Both the position numbers and the translations under genes were made by a program. The notes beneath the pieces were generated by a model. That model had not been told where the DNA came from. It searched no databases and saw only the letters and a program-made list of their open reading frames with translations. From Chrysomallon squamiferum (taxonomy: Eukaryota; Animalia; Mollusca), in NCBI GenBank assembly GCA_012295275.1, contig CM022672.1:3720001-3784000 (forward strand): DNA of 64,000 bases, in the 5' to 3' direction. Shown in pieces: positions 41,071-53,361 of this stretch (position 1 is its first letter; each line of letters begins with the position of its first letter).

Positions 41071-41358
41071 TCACAGACACAGATTGTACTATATTATTAT
41101 TATTACACACATACATATATGTACATACATACCATGCATGGTATCAGCTGATGAACTTACCGTTTAAAACATATTATACCAATCAACTACTGAATGATTA
41201 AAGATCTTTGTTACATCTACGTGCAACAGTATTGTCATGAACTCCGAAACCGTTTAAACGTAACTTCAAAATTCTTTCCCAGAAAAGTTGTGAGTGTTGT
41301 GGCTAGGGCGGATATTTCAAAGTTCCCCTTTTATTTAGGATATTTAAGTTTTTTACAA

Positions 41359-41393
<35 letters not shown>

Positions 41394-42134
41394 TTTTTTT
41401 TTTTAACATCTATTATAACCAAAGAAAATCCAAAATATAATAAGCTTCTGTCCTGTTCTATCAGTCTGATAGTATAACTTTTTAACGTTTTGTGGATGGA
41501 TTTTATCGGTTCAATCGAATATTAGAGGTAAATATTTAACCAAACACTGTACAAATTAAAGCTACGTTCTCTAAAATATTTTAAGTGTCTGTGCAGTGAC
41601 AAGAAACAATTCAGTTCTATCTGGCTTTCATCTTTTGATCTCAGTACACGTGTATCTAAGCTGCAGACAAACACTCTACAGGCCATTTTCACTCGATCAG
41701 AGTCCTTCCGCAGCCTGCACAAAAATACACAGTATAACTCACGTGATATTTGAACGATCACAATCGTTTGGTTTGTTCAACTACCACAGTAATTTAATAT
41801 GATAAAATACTGGCATCTTTTCTCAGTGTATTGAACACTGTAGAATTCGCCTGCCAGCGTCCTTGTTGTAGCAACTATTATATTATGGTCCACGTGAACC
41901 GTGTGTGATTTTTCAACAGTATCCTTTACATAAAGTTATCGTGTCGTTTTTGTCATAGTTCCCACCCCTCATCAGAAAAGCTGGATCGGCCTCATTGTGG
42001 ATATTTATGTTTTTGTTTCTGTATTCTGCCTTTTACAAACACAATTATAACATAATATTTTTATACAGCGTTTTTCTACAAAGTTTCTTATTTCTAATCA
42101 GCCTCTGGTGTTATCGTTGTTGCTTTTCTCTTTT

Positions 42135-42169
<35 letters not shown>

Positions 42170-42726
42170 TATTATATTAAAGAAAGATAAACACTTTGCG
42201 AATATAGATTTTAAAAATACATGAAACTAAAACATTTGAGTGTGTATAAAATAAATAGAAAAGTCCTGATTGATATTATTCGGTCTCTGACCTGAAAAAC
42301 AGTAAATGTCATTAAACTTTGAAACCGTCTAAAAGTTGAAATCCTTGGAAATTTAATCCAAAATCAATTACATATATCAAATTGTTTTCATATATTAGTT
42401 GCAGTATATTGTTGTTTTTCTTTTTGTTGTTGTTTTTGTTTCTGACATTTCTGTATATAATGTACATTCAGTATTATTAGGTATCAAAACAAATCATTTG
42501 ATTTATTTATTTGTTTACTGTCAAATCAGAGGACGTGCCCACAGCAAACACACTTGAACAGTTTTCTTACAGAAGCTTTGTAACAATTACACCACACCCC
42601 TTAAAGGTCGGTCGCGCCTTATATGGAAATATTATAACAGTAATAATACATGTTTGTGTTAGTGCATACGTTGTATGGAGAATTTTAGAATCTTAATTAA
42701 GCAAGTATTTTGAGTGTGTGGACGCA

Positions 42727-42821
42727 GCCTATGAGGTTTGTGTATTGATTTAAAATAAATATTACATAGAAAGATCAGAACTACACTTCACTGTCATATC
42801 ATCAAACCATCAAACATCAAG
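42727..42821 (+). other. Putative non-coding 5' UTR exon of GPCR copy 3 (5' boundary approximate)
   Basis: Homologous block ending AAG|GTACGT. Confidence 0.6.
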
Positions 42822-44299
42822 GTACGTTTCAGATTAAGTATATTATTTTATATACAGAGAAATTCCACTCTGAAGACATTTGTTAGAGGTAATATAACTT
42901 ACCATGATAGACGGTATTTATGTTACTGAACTTATCTTTTATCCCAAGTTGTTTGAATATTATTATTTGAGGGAATTTTTTTTTATTTAGCATTAAAAAT
43001 ATATATTATAATTATGATGTTCCCATTTGCAATATAATAATTAATCTCTAAATTTTAATTTACTTATAGCGATTTTCTTTTCCAATATAATAAATTTAAT
43101 AACTAATATTTGTTTCGATTAAAAAGCCAAAATATACTGAATTTGTGTCTGCGTCAAATAAAAGTTTATTATTAATCCATGTATTTGATATAGGTAAAAT
43201 ATAACATGATGTTTTTGGTTGTGAAACTATTAAATATATAAAAAGTTTACATGTATATACTGTAGATACTGTAGCAAGAATAATGTCTAAAAGAGTCACT
43301 GATACTGCATCAGCGAGCAGCATACCTCTAGGAGCATTTGTTTGTTTAATTGCAGAACGTTTTCGTAATAATTCATACATTTGATATCTTCTTATATAAA
43401 CTGAAGGTTCAAACTGACACGCTATTTGATTGATTATGTCCGCGGATATTGCAAGACAGAGGAAAGTTATTTATAAAAATACTAGAGTGGTGTCCACAGT
43501 CTGTGAGACGTGTCCAGTGACCTTCACTCACAGCTTGGGACACCATGGTAACGGGACCATTAAAGTTAGGGGTTATCTCGGAATCCACACTGTGTTACTG
43601 TAGGTCTTTCCCATCCGCCTTACTGAACTAGGGGACAGGGGAGAGAAAGAGTTGCTGGCAAAACAAAACAAGAAAAAGAATTAAACAAAAAAAATCTTCT
43701 AGCTAATCCAGTGGAAATCTGAGAGAGTTTTCAACAAAAAGACAAAACTTGAACAAAATCTACACCAAACACACAGAAGTGTCAAGTTTTAAGACAGGCT
43801 GTTTGGCTAATCGAGACTAGGTTTACATTTTTTTTTCCGCCAACTCTTTTCCGAGGGTAGTCGGCACACTCCGCCATGAGTGTGTTCATATTCGGTGATT
43901 TTTACTGTAGCTCCGCGTTCAACGGACGAGTGCATTTCGGAACCGTCAAATTTGTTTTCTTCTTATTTTCTTCTTATTTTTTTTACGACTGTCAATTACT
44001 TTGCACGTTATCGTGACGCGCGTTTTCTGAAATCCGTTCACGGAAAATACGAAAGAAATAGTTTATTTTAGAATATTAATGTACGTGTGTTGTGTATTTA
44101 CAATGTTTCCTCCATACAAACTACAGCTTTCAAAGAATCCTTGCCCTTTACCTATCTTCCAACAGATTTTTTTTCGAATAAATAATTTTAAAAAATTATA
44201 AAATTAAAAAATAATTAAATAAGTAATACACTAATTGGATAAATAATCAAATTTAAGAAGTAATTACAGCGTATACATTGTATTTATTTTATTTTCAGA

Positions 44300-45706
44300 A
44301 TGTATTTCTTTCGTACTACGATTTTAATGTGTTTGACCATTGAGTTTTCCTACTGTCAGAGTAATGACGTTATTCAGCAAGGTGAAGTGAAACGAACGTC
44401 AGTATCCAGTCTAAATATGAGCAGCATCGACAACTTTCAGACTCAGACACCTACAGAAAAGATACGAAAATCTACGGATACTGAAAAAACATCAGAATTT
44501 ACAGCTTCCGAAGCGTTAACAGCTTTAATTACAACGTCCAAAACTGTTACTAATTTGCCTTCAACGTTTGTAGCGATAACAACTGCAGCTACAACGTCCG
44601 AAGCTACGACAGTTGTAGCTTCAACGCTTGAAGAGAAGATAACGAGTCCAACAACAAGGTCTGAAACCACATCATCGCCGCTCAATAACGGCTCAGAAAA
44701 TGTTACTAAATCCTCGAATGGTTCGGTTAAACGTTTAATACTGGACGTTAATGATTACCTTAGTAAGATCGTCACGCCTGTAACTCTGGTAGTAGGATTG
44801 TTGGGCAATGCCGCAACTTTGTTCTCAATTCGAGGTCATCCTTTCAGCAAAATACCGTCACAGTACGTACTGGCAGGTCTCTCTCTGTCGGATTCTGTGG
44901 CCTTGGTGACAAAGAGTCTGGGCAAAAAGATTTTCATTAATATAATGGGTGTCGACATCCATGCCTACTCAGACACCAGCTGTAAAATATCTATTTTTGC
45001 GGCACATTTTTCTAAGATACTTTCCTCGTGGTTTGTTGTGCTCGTTTGCTTCGAACGTTTTGTAGCTATCTGTCTGCCTCTGCACGCAAAGCGAATCTGC
45101 ACGAAATCTAACGCTCTGAAAGGAATTGTTGCTACGTTGGTTGTGGCAATAACGTACAGCGGAATCTGGACCCTGTCGTCAGTAAAAATGAGATCAAAAT
45201 GCAATCCAAGTTACTGGACGCCTGAAACGATGGTTCGTGGGAAGGCCATCATATTGATAGGATCTCTGCTAATCGGTGTCCTGCCTATGGCCATCATGGT
45301 CACACTGACGCCAGTAATGTGTGTGGTTTTACGACGAAATCATCTCTCAAGAAAAGCTATTTCATCTAACCGCGCTATGGAAGTGTCAAAAGTCTCAGCC
45401 ATGTTAATCTCCATCTGTATATCGTACATCGTCCTTCTGTTGCCTCTCATAGTATCTCACAACCTGGCTTTTTTTAGAGGCGATAACCTCTTCTCAACGC
45501 AGTTCCTTCCCTTGATGATTCTTGCCGTCATCGGAGATAATTTCTCAGCCATCAACTACTCGTGTAATTTCTTTCTGTATCTCATATGTAACAAGGCATT
45601 CAGACGCAGGATGCTCGACGTTTGCCTTTTGAGAAAAAGAAACCAAGAATCGTCAACACCGCATACGTCTGAGGCTTTTCCAAGCCTTTCTACTATTTCT
45701 GGATAA
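44300..45706 (+). CDS. Class A GPCR with signal peptide and mucin-like stalk; copy 3
   Basis: 468-aa ORF with the same motifs; 15-bp in-frame deletion in the stalk relative to copy 2; acceptor AG at 44297-44298. Confidence 0.92.
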   Translation: MYFFRTTILMCLTIEFSYCQSNDVIQQGEVKRTSVSSLNMSSIDNFQTQTPTEKIRKSTDTEKTSEFTASEALTALITTSKTVTNLPSTFVAITTAATTSEATTVVASTLEEKITSPTTRSETTSSPLNNGSENVTKSSNGSVKRLILDVNDYLSKIVTPVTLVVGLLGNAATLFSIRGHPFSKIPSQYVLAGLSLSDSVALVTKSLGKKIFINIMGVDIHAYSDTSCKISIFAAHFSKILSSWFVVLVCFERFVAICLPLHAKRICTKSNALKGIVATLVVAITYSGIWTLSSVKMRSKCNPSYWTPETMVRGKAIILIGSLLIGVLPMAIMVTLTPVMCVVLRRNHLSRKAISSNRAMEVSKVSAMLISICISYIVLLLPLIVSHNLAFFRGDNLFSTQFLPLMILAVIGDNFSAINYSCNFFLYLICNKAFRRRMLDVCLLRKRNQESSTPHTSEAFPSLSTISG

Positions 45707-46764
45707 TATTTTCTTCTTGTTTGGAGGGTTGAAATGGTTAAGAGTTAGTGTTTTAGTTGTAAACTTTCCTAATAGTTCTCTCATATTATCTTGTAAGAAG
45801 ACTCGATCCCAGTAAATCCGAATCACAAAGCCAAAGTTAACCGATGTAGTCACCTTCGTAATCTGTTTGTGCAGAGTAAAGTAAAACACATTATAACTGT
45901 TTTAAGTGTAGTAGATATCGGATTCGTTTCTCTGGTGCATATTTTGCCGATTCATAAGTAACTTTTTATTATTAGCGTCAAAGTATTCGGATTAGAGAAA
46001 AACAATCTCTTAACATTTTATTTATTTTGTTTATTTTTTGTTTATTTAATTATTTTTTATTTTTATTACTTTTTAAAAAAAATATTTTTTACGTAATGTT
46101 AGTGTTTGTAAAATTAAATGTTAATTCCGTCTCCTATGTATAGATAATAAAATATTCTTAAAATCATATTTTCTTGCATGCCACATTCATTTACAGGTTC
46201 CAAACCTTTTATCAGGATTCCAGAAGTGTATTAATTTGTTTCTAATAGTATTTTGTTGTTTACTTTTTATTGTTTATTTTATATTTTAAGCGTAGTAATT
46301 TTTATGTTAAACCTTATTTCAGAAAACCAGAAAATCTAGATTTCTGAGTTATATCCGATCCCAAGCTTGTCGAATACATGGTCTGGCATTGTTTTGTTCG
46401 TTTTATCTTATATAAACATATATAAACGCAAATGAGATTTAAAAACCAAGTTAATTTTTGTTTTAATATTGAAAATGCTCTTAATTAATTATTCTGAAAC
46501 ACATTTCTACAGTAGGCACTTCTGATGAATACACATTTTAAAAAATATTATACTAAGCAACTTTTTTAAATGTAACTTCATAATACGTTCTTGGACATTT
46601 TCGACGTAGATATTTCGTGATTTTCGTGTTAACGGTAAGACCAGTGATTTATCAATAAATTATATTTGTTTATGACATATTAGTGTTTTTCAATACTTTT
46701 TGTTAATTTTAATGTTTGTTTTTTCTTCTTTTTTTTTTTTTTTTTTTACTTTTTTTTAAGTAAA

Positions 46765-47035
46765 TGTGAATAATTTATTTACTAACAGACTCAACATATT
46801 TTTAATCATCCTGTTTATCTATATCTACATATTGTAAAAGATCGAAGAGTAAACAGAAATATTATGTTACGGGTTAGAGAGTAAATGGTTTAAGAAAATG
46901 TTATTAATATGTACAAGAAGAAACTTACTGCCTCCAAGCGACAGGCTACTCTTTTCCGATTAGTTACAAGGAATATTTTATGAATTTATTTTCCTATAAG
47001 CAGAAAAATGTATAGCAGAGCCTTTGATGAACTAA
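46765..47035 (+). mobile_element. Decayed dispersed (SINE-like) repeat, copy C
   Basis: aagaaacttactgcctcc...aggctactcttttccgattagttacaaggaatattttatgaatttattttcctataagcag...agcctttg; similar to copy A. Confidence 0.5.
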
Positions 47036-48707
47036 TTGATGTCTGTCAAACACCAGTTCGTAAACACTGAAGAAAAGAAAAAGAAGATATCTTAACTCTT
47101 CATCTTAGAAACTCATTTTAATATACCTTTCCATAGAGACAAAAAATACAATATGTTGAAAAATTGCTGAATGGAAATACTAATAACATAATAGGCACAT
47201 CGAGTGTAACTGACACAGCAGCTCTTTACGCCTCCATAATATATTAATAAGAAGTAACAACATCAAGATGAAATATCGTTTAGGCATTTATAAACTAGCT
47301 CAGTATATTTGATGAATCCAGAATCTGGAGCAGCGTCCAGCATTCAGCTGTTGACTGAAAAAATACGTTATAAATGTATTGACCAGTACCAAATCGATCA
47401 AGTTAATTAAAGTAAATCTCAAGTTCTAAATGTACAGTAACTAGTTGATATTTGAGATTTGGCTTAAACATGCTGTGTATGAACGCGCGTACAGAGGAGA
47501 ACTGATCTTGATATCTATTACTCCTCATCGTCCGAAGTTTACCAATATCATATTTCAATCCTACGTTGTAACCAGTGAACAAAATCTTCACCTCTAGCAA
47601 TCCTCTTAATTCAGAATATGCTAATAAACATTTCTCATTAGCAAAGTCAGACAAAGCTACTGACGGCAAAATAATCATCCTATAAAAGAAATCCGTGATT
47701 TACCCAGCTATTTGTGAAAAATCTGTCTGCAGATAAACAAGACGGCTTCAGTAATAAACGTGATGTAAAGGAAGACTGATTAAAAATTATAATATCCATT
47801 AGACTGTTTGACACGTGTGAACAGAAATGATTATAGTTTTTATTATGAGTCAAAGTAAACCTGGTGTTAGCAAGAATGAAATACGTAAAAGTAGATGATT
47901 GAATTCTAGCTTCCAAAACTCTGACGTACCTTTAACTGATAGTGACAAACACTTATGTCAAGCCATAAATATACTCATAAACATAAATACATATATAAAT
48001 ACGGACAGAATGAGAAAAGAAACAGGAATACAGAGAAAAAGAGAGAAAGAGAGAATGGCTGGTGTAGTTCAGACCTTCCATATAAAGAAACATGTGAAAG
48101 TGGTGATTATATAAATTGCTAATATATATATTTATGGTGGAAATTTGGTTTTGAATTGGGATAATTTATTGTTTACACTAAAACTGACAACAGCAAAAAC
48201 TTTACAATTTGGTTTTTTATAACTAGTAATTCTTTTTTTTTTTTTTTTTTATCTCCCTCAAATAACCAGGCATCATTTCTGATTTATATAATTTATTTCT
48301 TACGTAATGGAGTTTTAAATAATTTTGTTTCTTTCGATAAAATCGCACACTTCCCTACTACTAAACGTTACTTTGAAACGTACAGTTGCCTCCCTTGGAT
48401 CATCCTCCTATTGATCATGTTGAAAATTTACAACAAAGACAAATAATTACATGAACAAGTCATTCATTCACAATACCACTTACAACATTACTGTCATGTA
48501 ATGTACTTGAAATATGAATATTGATATATGCTCTTTACCTTTCATAAACAGCTCACCAAGAGCCCATTTTTCGAGGACGAATTCCAGTATTAGCCACTCT
48601 GAAGTTGGGATGTCATCAGTCACCAGGTGATTCCTTTTTGCTGCGTTTAAGAATGGTGTATAATGATATCGTCGTCCGCCATATAAATATATGATAGCAA
48701 AAATAAA

Positions 48708-48739
<32 letters not shown>

Positions 48740-48873
48740 AAAAGCGATTACTGGACGCTAACCTATATCTAGCAGACCCAGCAATATCCGTGCAGAAGTC
48801 CGCATGAACTGTTCTCAGCTGTAGGATACTCGTGCTGTAAGTTTTGCTTACATAATATGCTTTTATTTCATTC

Positions 48874-48916
<43 letters not shown>

Positions 48917-49670
48917 TTTATTGATGATAGGAAAACTGGTAGGATTCGGACATTGTGTGTGCGAAGTAATCACATACGTCTGAAAAACGACCACAACGAC
49001 CGGGCAGTGTAAGTGGTGTTCATACATTATGTATGAAGTGTCATTTTCGATTAGAGTTAACCTTGTCACCCATTTATTATACATTACATGCGATGTACAT
49101 ATATTAATTAAGATCTTACAGCTATGAAATGAGCTTTACACATGTGTTTATAACTCAGGTCAACAAGTGTCGTTTATATTGATAAAATGGAAGAAAAGTA
49201 GCAAAAGAAAAACACAAAGAAGAAGAAGAAGCAATAAGAAAAACGAATTTCGATTATTCTGAATGTCTAATAACAAGTTTTATGTCTGATGTGTGTGTGT
49301 GCGTGTGGGCGTGTATATGTATGTATGTATGTATGTATGTATATATATATATATAAAACGTATCTTACTATATTAATACAATGATAACATAATTCAGTAT
49401 ATTAATAAAATTGTAAAATAGTTTCAGAAAAAGGTATGAAATATTCATTGCCCGGTAACTAGATCCAAACATGGTAAACACACTGATGAGACGATACTAC
49501 ATGGACGATACAATATGGATATTAACTGTTGAAAATGAATATAGAGGAGAATCATGTTAGTACATTTTTATAATACACTAACATATTTAAATCCTCCAGT
49601 CAACCATATGCAATGTTCTTTAACAGGTTCCAGAAGGCAGGCTGGTCAGAGGATCAACGGCTGAAACTCT

Positions 49671-50564
49671 TCATCGAAGAAGTTGTTTGAATGATTGTCT
49701 GAATCTACTGTTTTTGATTCCATAGATAAAAAAGTTGGAGCCTGAGCTGCAGAGCCCCAGGACAGACAAAGCTTTTAGAGTAACAAGGCTGGACACAGTG
49801 GGATTGAAAGCGCTCCAGAACACATAGACTATCTGAGGCATCCAGCACATCAGAGAAAAGCTGTACACGATGATCATGAGCGACGATTTTACTGTGTCCA
49901 TCTGTCGAATGTCGCTTTGAAACTGAAACTCACTGTTTCTTTTCCTTACTTTAATTTCGGCTAACACGACTCGAACGAAGGACAAGAAACCCGCAAACAT
50001 AACCAATCCCATAATTGACAGAACAGTCCAGATGTAGTATCTGGGCAAGATGTTCGTATTAAAACAGTACTTGCCGTAGGCCCATGTGTCGATTCCACTG
50101 ATTATAGGCATCATTAAAGCTACAATTCCAGCAAAGATGACTCCACAACATATTATGCTTTTTTTTATTGTAACGTGCGACAAGTAGTGAAACGGAAACT
50201 GAATGGCGTAGAATCGTTCGATCGAAAGAAGAGACAAGAATGTCATTGCCAAAGCGATACAAACGTAAGAATTGAAAACATTCACCAGACATGGGATTTT
50301 TGAAAAGTTTGCAGGGCTTGACAAAAGCTTGGTTGGTATGTACACAGCTCCCATGAGAAAGTCGCCAAAAGAGAGAAACGCCACCATGACGTTACTTGGA
50401 TTCTGGAGCGTCTTGAAACGCCACACGGCGGTAATCACAAGACCATTCCCTCCAACGATGATTGGAATAAGACTAATTTCAAAAGATATCATGACATAAA
50501 CTGAAGCACCATATTCTGGTAAGTTGGTTGAGTTCGATAACGACACATTTATATTTTCAGCCAT
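49671..50564 (-). CDS. Intronless orphan class A GPCR, paralogue of the nested GPCR at 16450
   Basis: 297-aa ORF with GN, LSFGD, SIERFYAIQFPFHY (versus [14 protein letters not shown] in the paralogue), CWMP and NFFIYGIKNSRFR; N-terminal sequons NVS and NST. Confidence 0.92.
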   Translation of the reverse strand: MAENINVSLSNSTNLPEYGASVYVMISFEISLIPIIVGGNGLVITAVWRFKTLQNPSNVMVAFLSFGDFLMGAVYIPTKLLSSPANFSKIPCLVNVFNSYVCIALAMTFLSLLSIERFYAIQFPFHYLSHVTIKKSIICCGVIFAGIVALMMPIISGIDTWAYGKYCFNTNILPRYYIWTVLSIMGLVMFAGFLSFVRVVLAEIKVRKRNSEFQFQSDIRQMDTVKSSLMIIVYSFSLMCWMPQIVYVFWSAFNPTVSSLVTLKALSVLGLCSSGSNFFIYGIKNSRFRQSFKQLLR

Positions 50565-52004
50565 TTTAGTCCTTCACATTTTAAAATAATTGTCAAATTT
50601 TTAATTGTAGTAAATATTTCTTGCGCACAATAAAATATGGATACATCAACAGCACAGTAAAATATTGATAGCTGATAACTTATTGTTCAGCGATACATAA
50701 TGAAGTATCTGTAGAGTTGATGATTATCTTTTTTAAGATGCACACTGTGACGTAATGTTTTATTTCACATTTTTGCCCCGCGAAATTATTTCCGTACTAA
50801 CAGAATTAACTGTTATTCCAGTTTTTAAACTAAAAAAACAAACAAAACAAAAAACACAATGTTCCTTAAAAAGAAATCTTCATACTCTGGTAAATCTTTA
50901 GCACTGAACATTAATGTAACTTCGACTATTTGAACATTGTGGTACGTGTCTCGGTTTTTTTTTTATAACAAAACGATCCCTGCATTTTATTTTGACGGAC
51001 GTAAAGCTTCATTCTTTCTTTTATTTTAGACTCGTATTCATTCTCTGCCTATAATACAGTTAAAAGAAGACCATTATTTCTGATCAATCAGCTTCACGGG
51101 CGGGTTTAGGTACACATCCGTTCCTGCAAGCATATACGGTATGATTCGTAACATCTTTCATTAATTTTGGTTTATGTTATTCATAAACGTATGGCAACTT
51201 CTTATCACCACCCCGAAAGGTGCTTGAATCTGCATGAACCTAAATACTGTAAACATCACCCCTTTGTAAACTATAGCTCAGCCCCTGTCACTGGTAGTAC
51301 GATGAATAATTTTCATCAGGAACTTCAGAAGAAATCATCAATATATCTGCCACGCTATTGCTTTGACTGGGTGTAAATGCCTTTTTGTAGAAACATTTCC
51401 CGTATAAAAAGCTTTTCTTTGTGAAGCTAAAAAAAAAAAAAAAAAAGCAGCAATATATTAAATAACAAAGTTAATGTAATCAACTATTGTTTCTTTTCTT
51501 TTTTAAGAAAGAAATAACAAGGCCTAAAAATAATGGAAACTAACATATACTGTTATTTTCTTTATTAATTAGAAGAAAGTTTATGACACACATCCCATGA
51601 AGAGAAAAGTGTAAGGACACATAAAATTTTAAAATATTGCAAAAATGTTCACCTATATTAAAGGTGTTCAAATTCTCTTCTTTAATAACTAGCAATAATT
51701 GAAAAATAATTAGTATCTTCATAATATACAAACTTTATAAAATTAAGCCAATACACCAACATTCATAAATAATACACAATATCAGTTAATATTAAAATAT
51801 ATTAATCCTTGACTGAGAACAAGTAGCCATAATTTACTGTCTCATATGACAGGTTCTTAACCATAATAATTATGCAGCTAAATCATAGGTTAAAAATGTT
51901 GATACATTGTTAAATAAAAATATTGTTCTTCCTTAATAACCATCAAAATTAATGTGCTGATGGACATAAAAAATATAAAAAGAGATCTATATATATTTAT
52001 ATAC

Positions 52005-52063
<59 letters not shown>

Positions 52064-53361
52064 CAAATATAATAATAATAATTTAAATAACAATGTATTA
52101 ACAAGTAACCTAAACAATAACAATAACAATGTTCAGTTTGTTATAATTATTTATTAACATAATCACACCATTAACATAAAAAGCAAAGGCAGAAATGTCT
52201 GTAATGCTTGGAACTGTCTGGTAATGGATTTTGATGTTAATTACATTTAAAAGTTTGACATCACTCAGTAAACCTTTGATGGCAATTCTATTATCAGTTC
52301 TTTAAACAATTTTAATCAACTGCTGTCTTGGTACCAGTATAAATTAATACAGTTTCTGATGCAAAATATCTTTGTTATTCAACAGTGTGTTAGATATAGA
52401 TGTATCAATGTGTCTCTGTTATTTGGAAATTTCGGTCCAAAGCAGGTGCATCTGATCATCGCAGATATTATCATTTATTATTTTATATTTTCTTTGAGTA
52501 AATTAAATCTGTGGATATTTATTTTAAAATATTTTAAAAGAATAATAATAATAATAATAATAATAATTATAATCCAGCTAAATAATTGTTTGTTCACAGA
52601 ATATTAATAATGCAAAGATGTACACAAATGCAATGATTATAACAATAACAACAATATTAACCTAAACAATAACAAAAGTATTCACTTTCAATTATAATTA
52701 TTTATTAACACAGATGATTCTCTGAAACATAAGAATAAAAACAAAACAAAAACAAAAAACATCAACACAAACCTATATCTCCCCATCCCCCCCAAAAAAA
52801 AACAATTAGTTAATTTAACAATTTAGTAATGAAGAATGCTTTAACAATAAAGAAGCACACAGGGCATTCTGAGATAGTCTATAGGGAATCAGCTGATCTC
52901 TGCAATGAATGAATCAGAACCATTTGATATATTGACCCCTCCCCCCAAAAAACCCCAAACAAACAAATAAATAAACAATAAACATTCAAACAAACAAATA
53001 AACAAAACAAAAAACTAAAGCCAGTATCAATTCACTAATATAGAAATAATAGTATATATTCCTCTATATAAGACAACAATATAATAATGCAGATGTTCCT
53101 AGTTTTGATCTGATATAATCATGTTCCCTTGGGGTGATTTGATTTTATGAACATGTTTCTAGATGATAACCTCTCTGTTCATATTATAATAATATTATCC
53201 TTTATGTAATTTCCTGAACATATATGTAGAAGGTGATCTGTCTGGCTCTCATTATTATAGTGTTCACCTGTCTTCTTCACACTACATTAATGTTCCATTT
53301 TTTGTAATTTTATGTTTCTCTCTGGTTCATATAAAAGTGTTCCACTTTCTGTGATTTGAAC

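Larger units (their letters stand above)
35060..45640 (+). repeat. Recent tandem segmental duplication, two units of about 5.3 kb (about 35060-40345 and 40345-45640)
   Basis: Intergenic sequence, microsatellites and even spurious ORFs recur at a 5.26-5.30 kb offset (e.g. identical 61-aa ORFs at 37213 and 42511; ORFs at 38576/43880 and 37797/43096). Confidence 0.9.

Noticed and set aside
33845-45204. Antisense ORFs inside the GPCR genes (33845, 34637, 39141, 39678, 44443, 44965)
   Set aside because: Shadow ORFs of the sense coding sequence; their recurrence is explained by the duplication.
47403-47916. Two adjacent minus-strand ORFs (91 and 78 aa)
   Set aside because: Non-ATG starts and no recognisable domain or splice structure.
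48539-48680. Minus-strand open frame (GGRRYHYTPFLNAAKRNHL...LFMK) ending at a GTAAAG donor
   Set aside because: No acceptor or start in frame, no recognisable homology and no partner exons.
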